A stretch of 51,595 nucleotides of DNA, from the NCBI GenBank assembly GCA_038125285.1, contig JAYPDO010000008.1:1-51595 (forward strand). Direction: 5' to 3'. Numbering within the stretch: position 1 is the first letter of the stretch; each line of letters begins with the position of its first letter. Of this stretch, positions 41,777 to 51,128 are shown one piece after another. Both the position numbers and the translations under genes were made by a program. This DNA is from Opitutia bacterium. Its GTDB lineage: Bacteria; Verrucomicrobiota; Verrucomicrobiia; Opitutales; JABJCN01. The notes below the pieces were generated by a model, which made no database searches, had not been told where the DNA came from, and saw only the letters and a list, made by a program, of their open reading frames with translations.

Positions 41777-42295
41777 AGCACCCGTATGAAAAGTGGGGCT
41801 AACCGACAGTGCAAGGGGCAACTCGCGTCAAGGAAACTTTGCCAGAAATTCCCCGAATGCGGATGCGTACATCGGAATCCTTGAATACATGGTGTCGGCC
41901 AGGTACTCCCTTAGTTTCCCCACCATACCCTTTAAGCTCTCAATTCGGCTAGGAAGCTCCCTTAGGCATGTGAAATGGACAGTGGAAGGGACGTAGGGAT
42001 TGCACTTTCCCTGAATTTGGGTTTCACGCGGTCAAAATCGACCCAACTGACCGTCATGACCTTCGGCAAGGCTTCGACCCTTGTCTGGATGGCCTGCACA
42101 GTTCTTTCCGGCAGCGGGTTCCCATCCAGGAACTCGAACCCCAAATCTAAATCCGCTCCCAAGGCCACACATTTGGTTGCCAGAATTTCCTACTCTTGGA
42201 TCAACCTCTGGGGTACGGGATATTTTTGGAGTCTTGGTGCATTTTGGATGGCTGTCCTTCATGCCCGGGACTCACAAGGAATCAAGCATTCCGGC

Positions 42296-43222
42296 TCACC
42301 ATTTGCCTTCCGTCGCCAGCAAAGCCCAGCAGGTCGCCGATATTGAGATAAACTGGTCTTTGCCATGGGGAAACCCGCTCTCGAAATACTTTTGGATGGG
42401 TTTGCTCCGGCTCTGGACGAGCCAGGTGCCGTCCGGTTGTTGGTGCCTGGCGAGCCACTGCTTGCCGAGTTCAAATGCGGGGCACGATTCCGATATTTGG
42501 CCAGATTCGAGGAGGGCTACCAACGCTTGCCCGGTTGCATAGGCATCACTTTCCATACCCGGAAGCTGTGCCCATCCTCCCTCCTCCCTTTGAAGTGAAA
42601 GAAGGGCTTTGCCCGCATCATCAGTATCTTTGCCTGCCCAGTACAACCCGAGCAACCGGAACGCATGGCCTTCTGTTGAATCGGGGCGGTTAATCCTTAA
42701 CCAATTGGCACCTGCCTCCACTTGGCCTCCAACAGTATCCGAATAGTTTTGGAGGCCTTGGATTGCAAGGGCTGTCGCTGTGAAGTGGCTATCCTCAAGG
42801 GGTGGCCTGTGGGTAAGGATCCTCCAACTTCCGTCCTTTTGCTGCGTCTCCAACAAATACTTTACCAGTGCCTGTGTTGTCCCGTCTGGCCTGACTTCTG
42901 CTTCGGCCAATCCAAGCAGGGCATAGCCCGCAGTATAAGGCCCGCCCGGCACGCCTTGTCCCTGGGAAAGTTTGCCTGCAAGCCCTTTGAAATATTCCAA
43001 TGTAAAGGCGCTTTGAGCCTCGATTACCTTTATGGATTCCAAAGGCGAGCACCTGGCCATGACCCATAAAGGGAGGGCTTGGTGGTGGCAGGAAAAACAT
43101 TCCTTTTGTGCAATGTATGTGATGGAACTTTGTCGGATCAAACCGATGGCCGCATTTGGATTCGAGCCAACAAGCCCATGCCAAGCAAGGGAGCCTACGG
43201 CCATGATAAAAACCGCCCTCAT
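42296..43222 (-). CDS. prenyltransferase/squalene-oxidase-repeat (alpha/alpha-toroid) protein with an N-terminal CxxCH motif
   Basis: CFSCHH (c-type haem motif) near the N-terminus. Repeated QxxDGSW-type units: QQKDGSWRI, QREEGGWAQ, QQPDGTWLV. It is the last gene of the minus-strand operon, 39 nt after the preceding stop. Confidence 0.75.
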   Translation of the reverse strand: MRAVFIMAVGSLAWHGLVGSNPNAAIGLIRQSSITYIAQKECFSCHHQALPLWVMARCSPLESIKVIEAQSAFTLEYFKGLAGKLSQGQGVPGGPYTAGYALLGLAEAEVRPDGTTQALVKYLLETQQKDGSWRILTHRPPLEDSHFTATALAIQGLQNYSDTVGGQVEAGANWLRINRPDSTEGHAFRLLGLYWAGKDTDDAGKALLSLQREEGGWAQLPGMESDAYATGQALVALLESGQISESCPAFELGKQWLARHQQPDGTWLVQSRSKPIQKYFESGFPHGKDQFISISATCWALLATEGKW

Positions 43223-43261
43223 CCTAGGCCATTCATCAGGTTAGGGAAGGGGACTGGTCCT

Positions 43262-44158
43262 TTACGAGATCAGTTTCCTTAGTTCCGCCAAATACTGAGG
43301 TACGGCGTCGAAGGGATTTTCATTGGCTTCGTATTCCAGGACGACGTACCCCCTGTATTTCGCTTCCTTCAGTATGCTGACGAACCGTCCCAGGTCCGCC
43401 GGGATCTTTTTTCCAGATTCGTCCCTCACCTCCACCTTCAATTGGACGGTGGCGGCATAGGGTGCGGAGCGCGCGAAAGCTTCGTAGGGATCTTTGTCGA
43501 TGAAATTCCCTGAATCGAGGTTTACCGCGAACCATGGCGAATCCACCCGTTTCACGATCGCTTCCAGCCTCTTGGAATCCATGAGGAAATCATGGTTTTC
43601 CAAGGCAAGGATGACCCCACTTTCGCCCGCCCGTTTGCAGGCCTTTTCCAAGTTCCGTACCGCATTGTCAATCGCCTCTTCTTCAGAGACACCCTTGGGT
43701 GCCTTCCCAGCGAATACACGGATGATCGGGCACCCGATTGCAGCATAGTAATTGACCCAAGTGTCCACATGGTCGTGCCATTTGTCCAATTCCGGTCCGT
43801 CGGGTAGGGTGAAAACATTACGGATTGCCCCGCTGCTGATGTCCAGGCCGTTGAGGTGCGCCCTTCGCTTCAACTGGGCAAGGAAAGCAGGCGTGACCAC
43901 TTTCGGGAAGAAATAGGAGGTCGGTTCCACGGCATCCAAATCCTGACCAGCCGCCCAGTCTACAAAGCCTAACATGTCCATTGCCCCTGGGGTGCCGGGT
44001 GCGGCAGTCAATTGGGTGCGGAAGGAGTAAGCGGCCAGGCTCAATTTGAGCTTGGATTTGCAGCTGCGCGGGATCGGTTCGATGGCGGCAAGGCCAGCAC
44101 CCAAACACAGGGCTACCGAAGCGGTGGAAGTGGTTTTGAGGAATGTACGGCGGTTCAT
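43262..44158 (-). CDS. TAT-exported sugar phosphate isomerase/epimerase-family (xylose-isomerase-like TIM barrel) protein
   Basis: Twin-arginine leader MNRRTFLKTTSTASVALCLGAGLAA. IIRVFAG, ILALENH and VNLDSGNF are typical AP_endonuc_2/TIM-barrel metal-ligand blocks. Confidence 0.88.
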   Translation of the reverse strand: MNRRTFLKTTSTASVALCLGAGLAAIEPIPRSCKSKLKLSLAAYSFRTQLTAAPGTPGAMDMLGFVDWAAGQDLDAVEPTSYFFPKVVTPAFLAQLKRRAHLNGLDISSGAIRNVFTLPDGPELDKWHDHVDTWVNYYAAIGCPIIRVFAGKAPKGVSEEEAIDNAVRNLEKACKRAGESGVILALENHDFLMDSKRLEAIVKRVDSPWFAVNLDSGNFIDKDPYEAFARSAPYAATVQLKVEVRDESGKKIPADLGRFVSILKEAKYRGYVVLEYEANENPFDAVPQYLAELRKLIS

Positions 44159-44173
44159 ATTACAACTTTTGGT

Positions 44174-45733
44174 TCAAGTGAGGGTCCCATATAGCAAGTA
44201 AAACCCGATGACTGCAAAACAAGCGAAAGAGATCCACAGGAACAAATCCCAAGCCTTGCCGGCCAGTAGTCGCTTGTCGGTTTTCTTATAGCGGAAATAA
44301 AGGACGGATGCCCCCAGCATGGGTAACATCAAAGACTGCATGGCACCTGATATCATTACCAGTACAACTGGCTTCTCGACATACATAAAAAATAAGAGGC
44401 TGATGACGGCGAATAATACGTTACAAACCTTCACGTATTTTACCCGTTTGGCTTCATCTTCCAACTTGATGATACCGAGGAGGTTTGTGACGTCCACAAA
44501 CAGCCTCGACTGGGCCGCAATCGCGACAAAGAATGTGCTAAATAATACTGCGAACGCCCCGACAAGGAATATCATCTGTGCGGATTTGCCAAAAACCGGT
44601 TCATACATGACGGACAGCGTGCGGATCATTTCCGTCCCTTCGGGAACCAGACCCGTCCTTCCCAGGATAGCGGCGCCAAGCAGGTAAAACGCAAGGGTAC
44701 AAAACGTGTAGACAAACATGGATCCCCATGCGTCGAATTGCATCACCTTCAACCATCCTTTCGCCCTGGTAAGCCATTTGTCGCCTTCTTCCTTTGGCCC
44801 GACATGTTTCCCGTACCCCTTTTCCAGGCACCAGTAAGGATAAGCAAGGAGTTCCGAAGCCCCGACACCGATTATACCAAAGGTCATCAGTGCCGTCCCT
44901 AACGGAGATTTACCAGCCGCTTTTTCAGCATCCGATACATCAGGGAAACCGAAGGACATCCCGTCCAGGAATTCCTTCATCGTCACCGCCCACTCCGGTT
45001 TGGACTGGAGGGCGAACAGGTTGTAAATCGTTATGACGCTGAAGGAGCAAACGAGGAACATGCAAAATTTCTCGATGAAAGAAAAGTTGCCCCAGACTAG
45101 TAAGATACATGCGACAAAGGTCAGGATTGCGGCCCAGATTTTTGCATCGTTACTTCCAGATTCTGCATCTGATTTTTGGGAAGATACCAATGTTTCCAAA
45201 CTATCTACCCTGGCTTTGGTTTTTTCCAATGCATCAGGTGAACTTTTCAGCCTGCCGTCTTGGTAGGCTGCCAGCATATTTTTGGAGACTTCCAGGCTGA
45301 CCTTGTTGTCCAATATTTCATTGTAAAATTTCCCTTGCTCCGTCAATGGGGCGCTGATGGCTAGGGCTTGGCCGACACCACCGACGATCCCGCCCTGCTG
45401 GGCAAGGGTAGCAATGAACATCAGGAACCAGTACCAGATGATCAGGTTCCCCCCGTGCATCTTCGGCCCGGGGACTTCGTTGAGCATCACGAGGGTAGTC
45501 TTGCCCGATGAAATGGCGTAACGTGCCAGTTCGATTTGGGTGAAGACTTTGATGATGCAGCCGATGAGGATGAGCCAAAGGAAGCTGAAATTGGCTTCCG
45601 CCCCCGTGCGGGTCGTGGCGATCAATTCCCCTGAACCGACGATGGAGCCTGCAAGGATCATCCCCGGGCCGAGGTGGGAGATGATGCCTTTTAGGTGCGT
45701 GGGTGCTGGAAGGGTCTGGTTTTCGTTGATCAT
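44174..45733 (-). CDS. Nramp-family-like (LeuT-fold) transporter, non-canonical metal-site residues
   Basis: LGPGMILAGSIVGSGELIATTRTGAEANFSFLWLILIGCIIKVFTQIELARY follows the Nramp TM1-TM2 pattern, but GSGE sits where DPGN is expected. There is a ~65-aa hydrophilic insertion (EQGKFYNEILDNK...SQKSDAESGSNDAK). The start overlaps the sulfatase stop (ATGA, 45730-45733). Confidence 0.8.
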   Translation of the reverse strand: MINENQTLPAPTHLKGIISHLGPGMILAGSIVGSGELIATTRTGAEANFSFLWLILIGCIIKVFTQIELARYAISSGKTTLVMLNEVPGPKMHGGNLIIWYWFLMFIATLAQQGGIVGGVGQALAISAPLTEQGKFYNEILDNKVSLEVSKNMLAAYQDGRLKSSPDALEKTKARVDSLETLVSSQKSDAESGSNDAKIWAAILTFVACILLVWGNFSFIEKFCMFLVCSFSVITIYNLFALQSKPEWAVTMKEFLDGMSFGFPDVSDAEKAAGKSPLGTALMTFGIIGVGASELLAYPYWCLEKGYGKHVGPKEEGDKWLTRAKGWLKVMQFDAWGSMFVYTFCTLAFYLLGAAILGRTGLVPEGTEMIRTLSVMYEPVFGKSAQMIFLVGAFAVLFSTFFVAIAAQSRLFVDVTNLLGIIKLEDEAKRVKYVKVCNVLFAVISLLFFMYVEKPVVLVMISGAMQSLMLPMLGASVLYFRYKKTDKRLLAGKAWDLFLWISFACFAVIGFYLLYGTLT

Positions 45734-47157
45734 CGCCAGTGTTCAGTTCGGTTTGAGGTGTGGATGGTTCCCCGGATGTGCCAGTCCCGGATCACCCCGA
45801 GTAGGTGGTCTCGGGTGTCGCGGTGTTCTGGGTTATGCCAGAGGTTGTCTAATTCGTCCGGGTCGCTCCGGAGGTCAAAGAGTTGGCCGCAGGGCTCGTC
45901 CAGAAAATGGACGAGTTTCCATTCTTTCGTCCTTACCATGGTCTGGTACTGGCCTTCGGTGTAATTTTTATCCCTGACTTGCTCGGCGAAAACGTAATCA
46001 CGCCCTTCGAAGGGTTGGCCAGCGAGGGCAGGGCCGAAGGAACGGGCTTGAAAAGTTTCCGGGATCGCGACACCTGCATATTCCAGGATGGTCGGGCCGA
46101 CATCCATGAGTTGGACTTGGGCCTCGCATTTTGCACCTGCCTCCACTTTGCCTGGTGCCCAGACGATGAGGGGGACTTTCGTCACGGTGTCGTACATCGT
46201 CCATTTTTGGCTATGGCCGTGGTCGGACAGGCAATCCCCGTGGTCAGAACTGAAGAAGATGAGGGTATTGTCGAGTTTGCCTGCCGATTCCAGCGCCCCT
46301 ATGATTTCACCGACTTTGTCGTCGATCATGGTCACATTGGCCAGATAGTGCTCCCGTTGGTCCCGGCGTTGGCTTTCCGTAGGTTCGAGGAGATGGACGA
46401 CCGAGTCGTGGTCAAACCCTGCATTGTGCAGACGCATCCCTTTGTAGGATTCCGGTTGGTTCTCCATGTCGTGCTTGTGGACAGGTTGGAGGGGGATGTC
46501 CTTGTCTTTATACCTATCCAAGTGCCCAGGGAGCGGGTCGTAGGGCGGGTGCGGGCCAGGGAATCCAACCTGAAGGAAGAAGGGTTTTTCTTCCTTGTAT
46601 TTTTGTATCCATTCGACCGCCCTGTCCCCAACATAATAGTCGGAATGGGTTTCCGGGGGAAGATCCCATGTGAAGGCTCCCATCCGATCTTTGTAATCCA
46701 GCCTTTTCCGGTATTCCTCCCGCTTTTGCTTCTTGTGGCCATTTCGCAACAGGTACTTGTCCCATTCATCCTGGTATTCCCCTCCTTCGAGGAAACGGTC
46801 TTTGTTTTCTACAATATGGCGTTCGTGGAATCCGCAGGGTGCCTCGAACGGCCAAGTGTGCATCTTCCCGATGTTTGTGCAGTGGTAACCTGACGCGGCC
46901 AGGTCTTCAACCCAGCCATGTGTCCAGGTGTCTGCATTTTGGAGGATGCCTGTAGTATGAGGATAATAACCCGTGAAAAGGCTTGCCCTGGATGGGGCGC
47001 AGGAAGGTGCCGTCACATGGCAATCCGTGAAGTGGCATCCCTCCTGTATCAGGCGGTCGAGGTTCGGGGTTTCCATGCAGGGGAACCCCAAACCTGCGAT
47101 CGTGTCGTACCTCTGTTGGTCCGTCAGGATAAAGACGATGTTCGGGCGGGTGGCCAC
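45730..47157 (-). CDS. sulfatase (formylglycine type), no signal peptide
   Basis: The GTG start at 47155-47157 is followed at once by ATRPNIVFILTDQQRYD...VTAPSCAPSRASLFTGYY (C-x-P-x-R) and SSDHGD. An in-frame TAA lies two codons upstream (the stop of the DUF1080 gene), so there is no room for a leader. Confidence 0.9.
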   Translation of the reverse strand: MATRPNIVFILTDQQRYDTIAGLGFPCMETPNLDRLIQEGCHFTDCHVTAPSCAPSRASLFTGYYPHTTGILQNADTWTHGWVEDLAASGYHCTNIGKMHTWPFEAPCGFHERHIVENKDRFLEGGEYQDEWDKYLLRNGHKKQKREEYRKRLDYKDRMGAFTWDLPPETHSDYYVGDRAVEWIQKYKEEKPFFLQVGFPGPHPPYDPLPGHLDRYKDKDIPLQPVHKHDMENQPESYKGMRLHNAGFDHDSVVHLLEPTESQRRDQREHYLANVTMIDDKVGEIIGALESAGKLDNTLIFFSSDHGDCLSDHGHSQKWTMYDTVTKVPLIVWAPGKVEAGAKCEAQVQLMDVGPTILEYAGVAIPETFQARSFGPALAGQPFEGRDYVFAEQVRDKNYTEGQYQTMVRTKEWKLVHFLDEPCGQLFDLRSDPDELDNLWHNPEHRDTRDHLLGVIRDWHIRGTIHTSNRTEHWR

Positions 47158-47163
47158 GGGTGG

Positions 47164-47982
47164 TTATTCCGCGGCTTCGTCGTAGTTCCCGAGATTGCGG
47201 ATCCAGATGTTGCGGAAACGCATTGGGTTGCCGTGGTCCTGGAGGACGATGGGACCCTTGGGGTCGTGCTTTTTCGAATAGTTGGCCACACGCTTGTGTT
47301 GGACTGTCCCGATGAACTCTTTGCGGTGGTGCAAAAGGACGCCATTGTGGATCACGGTGACGTTTGCATTTTTCACGAGTTTATCACCTTCCCACAGGGC
47401 ACTTTCAAAGATGACGTCATAGGTCTGCCATTCGCCCGGCTTTTTAACGGCGTTGCGAAGGGGAGGGTACTGCCCGTACATTGCCCCGCACTGGCCGTCT
47501 GCATAGCTCTTGTTGTCGTAGGAATCGAGGAGCTGGACTTCATAGTTCCCGAAGATGATCAGGCCACTGTTGCCGCGACCCTGGCTGTCCCCTTTGACTT
47601 CGGCAGGGGTGGCGAATTCCAAGTGGAGTTGGAAGTCCCCGAAATTCTCCTTGGTCTTGATCGTCCCGGACTTGGGTGTGACTTCCATGAAATTGCCGAT
47701 GATTTTCCATTCGACGGGCTTCCCTGGCTTTGTGTTCTCCCAGCCATCCAGACTTGTGCCGTCGAAGAGGACCGTGGCGTCGGATGGAGGGGGTGCCAAG
47801 TGGCTGAATGATTGGCCTGGGGTGACGACTTGAGGGCGGGGGCGGTTGTCGTCATGGACACGCCACTTTCCGTCCGGAAGGAACGGGGTGTCCGTGTAAC
47901 CGGTTGCGGGCTTGTTGTTATCGGCAGCTTGGAGCAATGAAGCTGTAGTGAGGGCAAGGAGGGTGGTTGTGAGGATTTTCAT
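47164..47982 (-). CDS. DUF1080 ('3-keto-disaccharide hydrolase') family secreted protein
   Basis: The internal ATG 47980-47982 gives MKILTTTLLALTTASLLQA. LFDGTSLDGWEN, FGDFQLHLEF, NSGLIIFGNYEVQLLD and IVLQDHGNPMRFRNIWIRNL are DUF1080 hallmarks. Confidence 0.88.
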   Translation of the reverse strand: MKILTTTLLALTTASLLQAADNNKPATGYTDTPFLPDGKWRVHDDNRPRPQVVTPGQSFSHLAPPPSDATVLFDGTSLDGWENTKPGKPVEWKIIGNFMEVTPKSGTIKTKENFGDFQLHLEFATPAEVKGDSQGRGNSGLIIFGNYEVQLLDSYDNKSYADGQCGAMYGQYPPLRNAVKKPGEWQTYDVIFESALWEGDKLVKNANVTVIHNGVLLHHRKEFIGTVQHKRVANYSKKHDPKGPIVLQDHGNPMRFRNIWIRNLGNYDEAAE

Positions 47983-48020
47983 GGGTTTCGTAAGTGGGTT
48001 TAAGGATAAATGGGGACGGG

Positions 48021-49430
48021 TCACACCATCTTGTAGAACTGCTCCCATCCCTTGCGTGGGGGTGGGCCTTCGAGGAGTGCATTGGCCTTGGCTTGGTTGC
48101 TGCCTCTGAACCGTTCCTTTTTCGTGTCGAATTCCAAGGTCTCATTGAGGGTTTGGCAGATGACACCGAGCATGAGGGTCTTGGTCAGGTCGCCTGCGAC
48201 TTGGAAATTGGACTGGGTTTTGGTCTCGCCCATGCAGGCCGCGGTAAATGCGGACTGGTGGTTGTACTTCGGGTTTTCCGCACGAAGGTGCTCCCGGAGT
48301 TCTGTGCGCTTTTCCGTGTTGATGATATTGGAAGTGCTGGAGTGGGAACCTCGGGTGATGGCGTAATCGGCTCCTTCCGGGTAGAGGATAGTGCCCGCAC
48401 CACCCAGCTTTGGGGTGGTAGGGTTCCCATCGTCCTCCTTGTCCATGAACTTGTCAGCGATTGCGGGATGGCAATCCTCGCCATCACGCCAGATGAGTTC
48501 GACTGCCTTCCGCTCGCAGTTGGATGCGAACTCCATTTTCATGTGGGAACTGAGGGGAAAAATCACGTCGTTGTGGTCGTCCATCAGGAGCGGGGTGATT
48601 TTGTGGGGTTGGCCGAGTTTTAGAAAGTCGTGGGCGAAGTCGATGATGTGGGCGCCCCAATCCCCTAGCATCCCATTGCCGTAGAGGTAGAAACCGCGCC
48701 AACTGAAGGGATGGTACTTGCTGCTGAATGGCTTCATCTGCGCGGGGCCGCACCAAAGGTCCCAATCCAGCGATGCCGGTTTTTCCTCGGGGGCGGGATA
48801 GGTGGAGAAGCGGGCATTTTTGTTCATGAAGAAAAGCCCTGGCGTTTTCCATGCTTCGATTTTGGTGATGTCCTTGACGATGCCATTCTTGACCAAACTC
48901 TTAAATTGCTCCGAACCGGCGGAGGTGTGGCCTTGGTTCCCCATTTGGGTGACTACGCCGAACTTCTTCTCCGCCTTCATGAGGAGGTCGGCTTCCCAGT
49001 AGGAGTGGGTCAGGGGTTTCTCTACATAAACATGCTTGCACATGGACATCGCCAACATGGCGGCAGGGAAGTGGGTGTGGTCGGGAGTGCAAACTGTGAC
49101 GGCGTCCACGTCCTTGCCCATTTTTTCGAGCATGACGCGGAAGTCCTGGAATTGCTTGGCGTCTGGGAAGCGCTCCAGGTTCTTCTCAATCCCCCCACGC
49201 TTGAAATCTACGTCACACCATGCTGTCACTTCAGCGCCCCCTGCACAAACGCCCGGAACGACTCCGTTAGCCCTGCCCCCGCATCCGATGACCCCGAGAT
49301 TGACCCGCTTGCTCGGGGGCAATTTCCCCTTTTCGTCGGGCTTTCCGGTCACCAAGTAGGAGGGCAGTACGGTAAAGCTGGAGATAGCTACGGATTTCTT
49401 GAGGAAGGAGCGGCGTTGGATTGGGTTCAT
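48021..49430 (-). CDS. TAT-exported Gfo/Idh/MocA-family oxidoreductase
   Basis: Twin-arginine leader MNPIQRRSFLKKSVAISSFTV. Rossmann block VNLGVIGCGGRANG. DAVTVCTPDHTHF and VYVEKPL are blocks typical of the family. Confidence 0.9.
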   Translation of the reverse strand: MNPIQRRSFLKKSVAISSFTVLPSYLVTGKPDEKGKLPPSKRVNLGVIGCGGRANGVVPGVCAGGAEVTAWCDVDFKRGGIEKNLERFPDAKQFQDFRVMLEKMGKDVDAVTVCTPDHTHFPAAMLAMSMCKHVYVEKPLTHSYWEADLLMKAEKKFGVVTQMGNQGHTSAGSEQFKSLVKNGIVKDITKIEAWKTPGLFFMNKNARFSTYPAPEEKPASLDWDLWCGPAQMKPFSSKYHPFSWRGFYLYGNGMLGDWGAHIIDFAHDFLKLGQPHKITPLLMDDHNDVIFPLSSHMKMEFASNCERKAVELIWRDGEDCHPAIADKFMDKEDDGNPTTPKLGGAGTILYPEGADYAITRGSHSSTSNIINTEKRTELREHLRAENPKYNHQSAFTAACMGETKTQSNFQVAGDLTKTLMLGVICQTLNETLEFDTKKERFRGSNQAKANALLEGPPPRKGWEQFYKMV

Positions 49431-49560
49431 TCTTTGGTAGGGTGCTGTGAAATATCGGGTTACTTCCGGAGAGGGGGATGGATTTGCCGGAGGGGCAATG
49501 TGGTGTCAAGGCCCGCATGGACGTTGACCCCAAATAGTTTTTGTCCATTCCATCAAGCCT

Positions 49561-50232
49561 ATGAAATTCGCCATCCCTGCCATCCTCCCCCTCCTTCCCT
49601 TTGCCCTCCTTGCCGGCCCTTGTTGGGTCGACCTAGGAAAGGACGACTTTGTCCAGCTCAACTGTGACCCGGATACATTCCAATTCAAGGAGGGGAACCT
49701 TATCTACTGCACTGGCAAGCCTATCGGCGGCCTGCGTTCCGCCAAGCCCTACAAAAATTTTGAACTGGAAGTCGAGTGGCGCCACCTGAAATACGCAGGG
49801 AATTCCGGCCTCTTCATCTGGTCTCCCAAAGATGTCCTCGACAAACTTCCCCGTAACACACTTCCCCAAGGCATCGAAATCCAAGTCCTCGACATCGGTT
49901 ACGAAGAAAACTGGCTCAAGAACAAGGGCAAACCCTCCGATTGGTTCACTAGCCACGGGGATGTTTTTCCTGTCGGGGTTTCCGACATGAAGCCCTTTCC
50001 CCCAGCCGCGCCGAATGGCAAACGCAGCTTTCCCAGCAAGCGGCTCAGCAAACCCTCCCCGGAATGGAACCATTACCACATTACCGCAATCGACGGGGTT
50101 GTCCGCCTTTCCGTCAATGGCGAAGAGGTGTCGGGGGGAAAGGAATGCAAACCTAGCGAAGGGTATCTCGTCCTTGAGTCCGAAGGGGCACCTGTGGAAT
50201 TCAGGGGACTGCGGATCAAAGAGCTCCCGTAA
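49561..50232 (+). CDS. DUF1080 ('3-keto-disaccharide hydrolase') family secreted protein
   Basis: Leader MKFAIPAILPLLPFALLAG. FELEVEWRHLKYAGNSGLFIW, GIEIQVLD and GYLVLESEGAPVEFRGLRIKEL. It is divergent from the Gfo/Idh/MocA operon. Confidence 0.88.
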   Translation: MKFAIPAILPLLPFALLAGPCWVDLGKDDFVQLNCDPDTFQFKEGNLIYCTGKPIGGLRSAKPYKNFELEVEWRHLKYAGNSGLFIWSPKDVLDKLPRNTLPQGIEIQVLDIGYEENWLKNKGKPSDWFTSHGDVFPVGVSDMKPFPPAAPNGKRSFPSKRLSKPSPEWNHYHITAIDGVVRLSVNGEEVSGGKECKPSEGYLVLESEGAPVEFRGLRIKELP

Positions 50233-50245
50233 GGTTCCGTGCCTC

Positions 50246-51097
50246 TTATTTCCCGGCGGGTTTGGCGAGTCCTGAGGTTTCGAGGATGAATTGGGCAAAG
50301 TCCGCCTGTTTCTGCTCGTCCTTGCCAAAGGTCCCGTGTGTGCCTGGATATTCCTTGTATGTGATGTCTTCCGGCGCCTGCTTGGCGTAGCGGATCATCA
50401 TGGAGACGAAGAGTTTGTTTTCTTCCTGGCGGCTTGGGTAATCGTTGTCCCCGCATTGGATGAAGATGGGGAAGGGTGTCTGGCGGACGTGGTATAGGGG
50501 GGCGAACTCGTCAGAAAGTCCGGTACGTGCTTCCAAGCCGCGTTCCTTGCGGACCGTGAAGTGGGTGATCATATGGCCACTGATAGGCAAAAGCCCGGCG
50601 ATGCGGTCGACATTGATCCCGCGATTATCCATCCAGCTTTTGTCCATTGTGATCATCGAGGCGATGTAACTGCCTGCCGACATGCCGCCGACAAAGATGC
50701 GGTCCGGATCCCCTCCGTACTGGCAGATGTTCTTAAATGTCCAAGCCAGGGCATCGGCCGCGTCGTCCAAGTACTCGGGGCATTTGGCTTGCGGGCTGAG
50801 GCGGTAGGAAGGCGCGACCAGGCAGACGCCTTGAGAGGTCAGGTTCGGGCCGCCCCTGCTCCCTCCTGTGATGCCTCCGCCGTGGAAGTAAACCAGCACG
50901 GGGAATTTCCCCTCTTGGGCCGCCGGCAAATAGATGTCGAGCTGGCACTTTTCACGTTGGTATTCCGAGGCATCCTCCGGGCCATAGTAGATTCCTTTGT
51001 GGACGGTGTCCGCGGAGGCATGAAACGTGGTTGTGGAGAAGGCGAGGAATGCCAGAGCCAGGCATGGGTTGGATATGGTGATTTTATTCGGTATCAT
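50246..51097 (-). CDS. secreted alpha/beta-hydrolase esterase (HGGG / GxSxG type)
   Basis: The internal ATG 51095-51097 gives MIPNKITISNPCLALAFLAFSTTTFHASA. Oxyanion block VLVYFHGGGITGG and nucleophile elbow GGMSAGS. Confidence 0.85.
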   Translation of the reverse strand: MIPNKITISNPCLALAFLAFSTTTFHASADTVHKGIYYGPEDASEYQREKCQLDIYLPAAQEGKFPVLVYFHGGGITGGSRGGPNLTSQGVCLVAPSYRLSPQAKCPEYLDDAADALAWTFKNICQYGGDPDRIFVGGMSAGSYIASMITMDKSWMDNRGINVDRIAGLLPISGHMITHFTVRKERGLEARTGLSDEFAPLYHVRQTPFPIFIQCGDNDYPSRQEENKLFVSMMIRYAKQAPEDITYKEYPGTHGTFGKDEQKQADFAQFILETSGLAKPAGK

Positions 51098-51128
51098 TAC
51101 TTCAAACTTTTGTACTGTATCTGTAGCT

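Noticed and set aside
41822-42295. A 474-bp gap contains a small minus-strand ORF (41962-42168, GTG start; EILATKCVALGADLDLGFEFLDGNPLPERTVQAIQTRVEALPKVMTVSWVDFDRVKPKF...).
   Set aside because: The peptide looks protein-like and may be another gene stump. I cannot assign it to a family. It has no ATG and is bounded by TAG just upstream. It needs a blastx check before any call.
45883-49667. Long plus-strand ORFs (45883-46893, 46918-47811, 47994-48623, 48711-49667) lie opposite the sulfatase, DUF1080 and Gfo/Idh/MocA genes.
   Set aside because: All are antisense to genes with unambiguous family motifs, and their translations are low-complexity.
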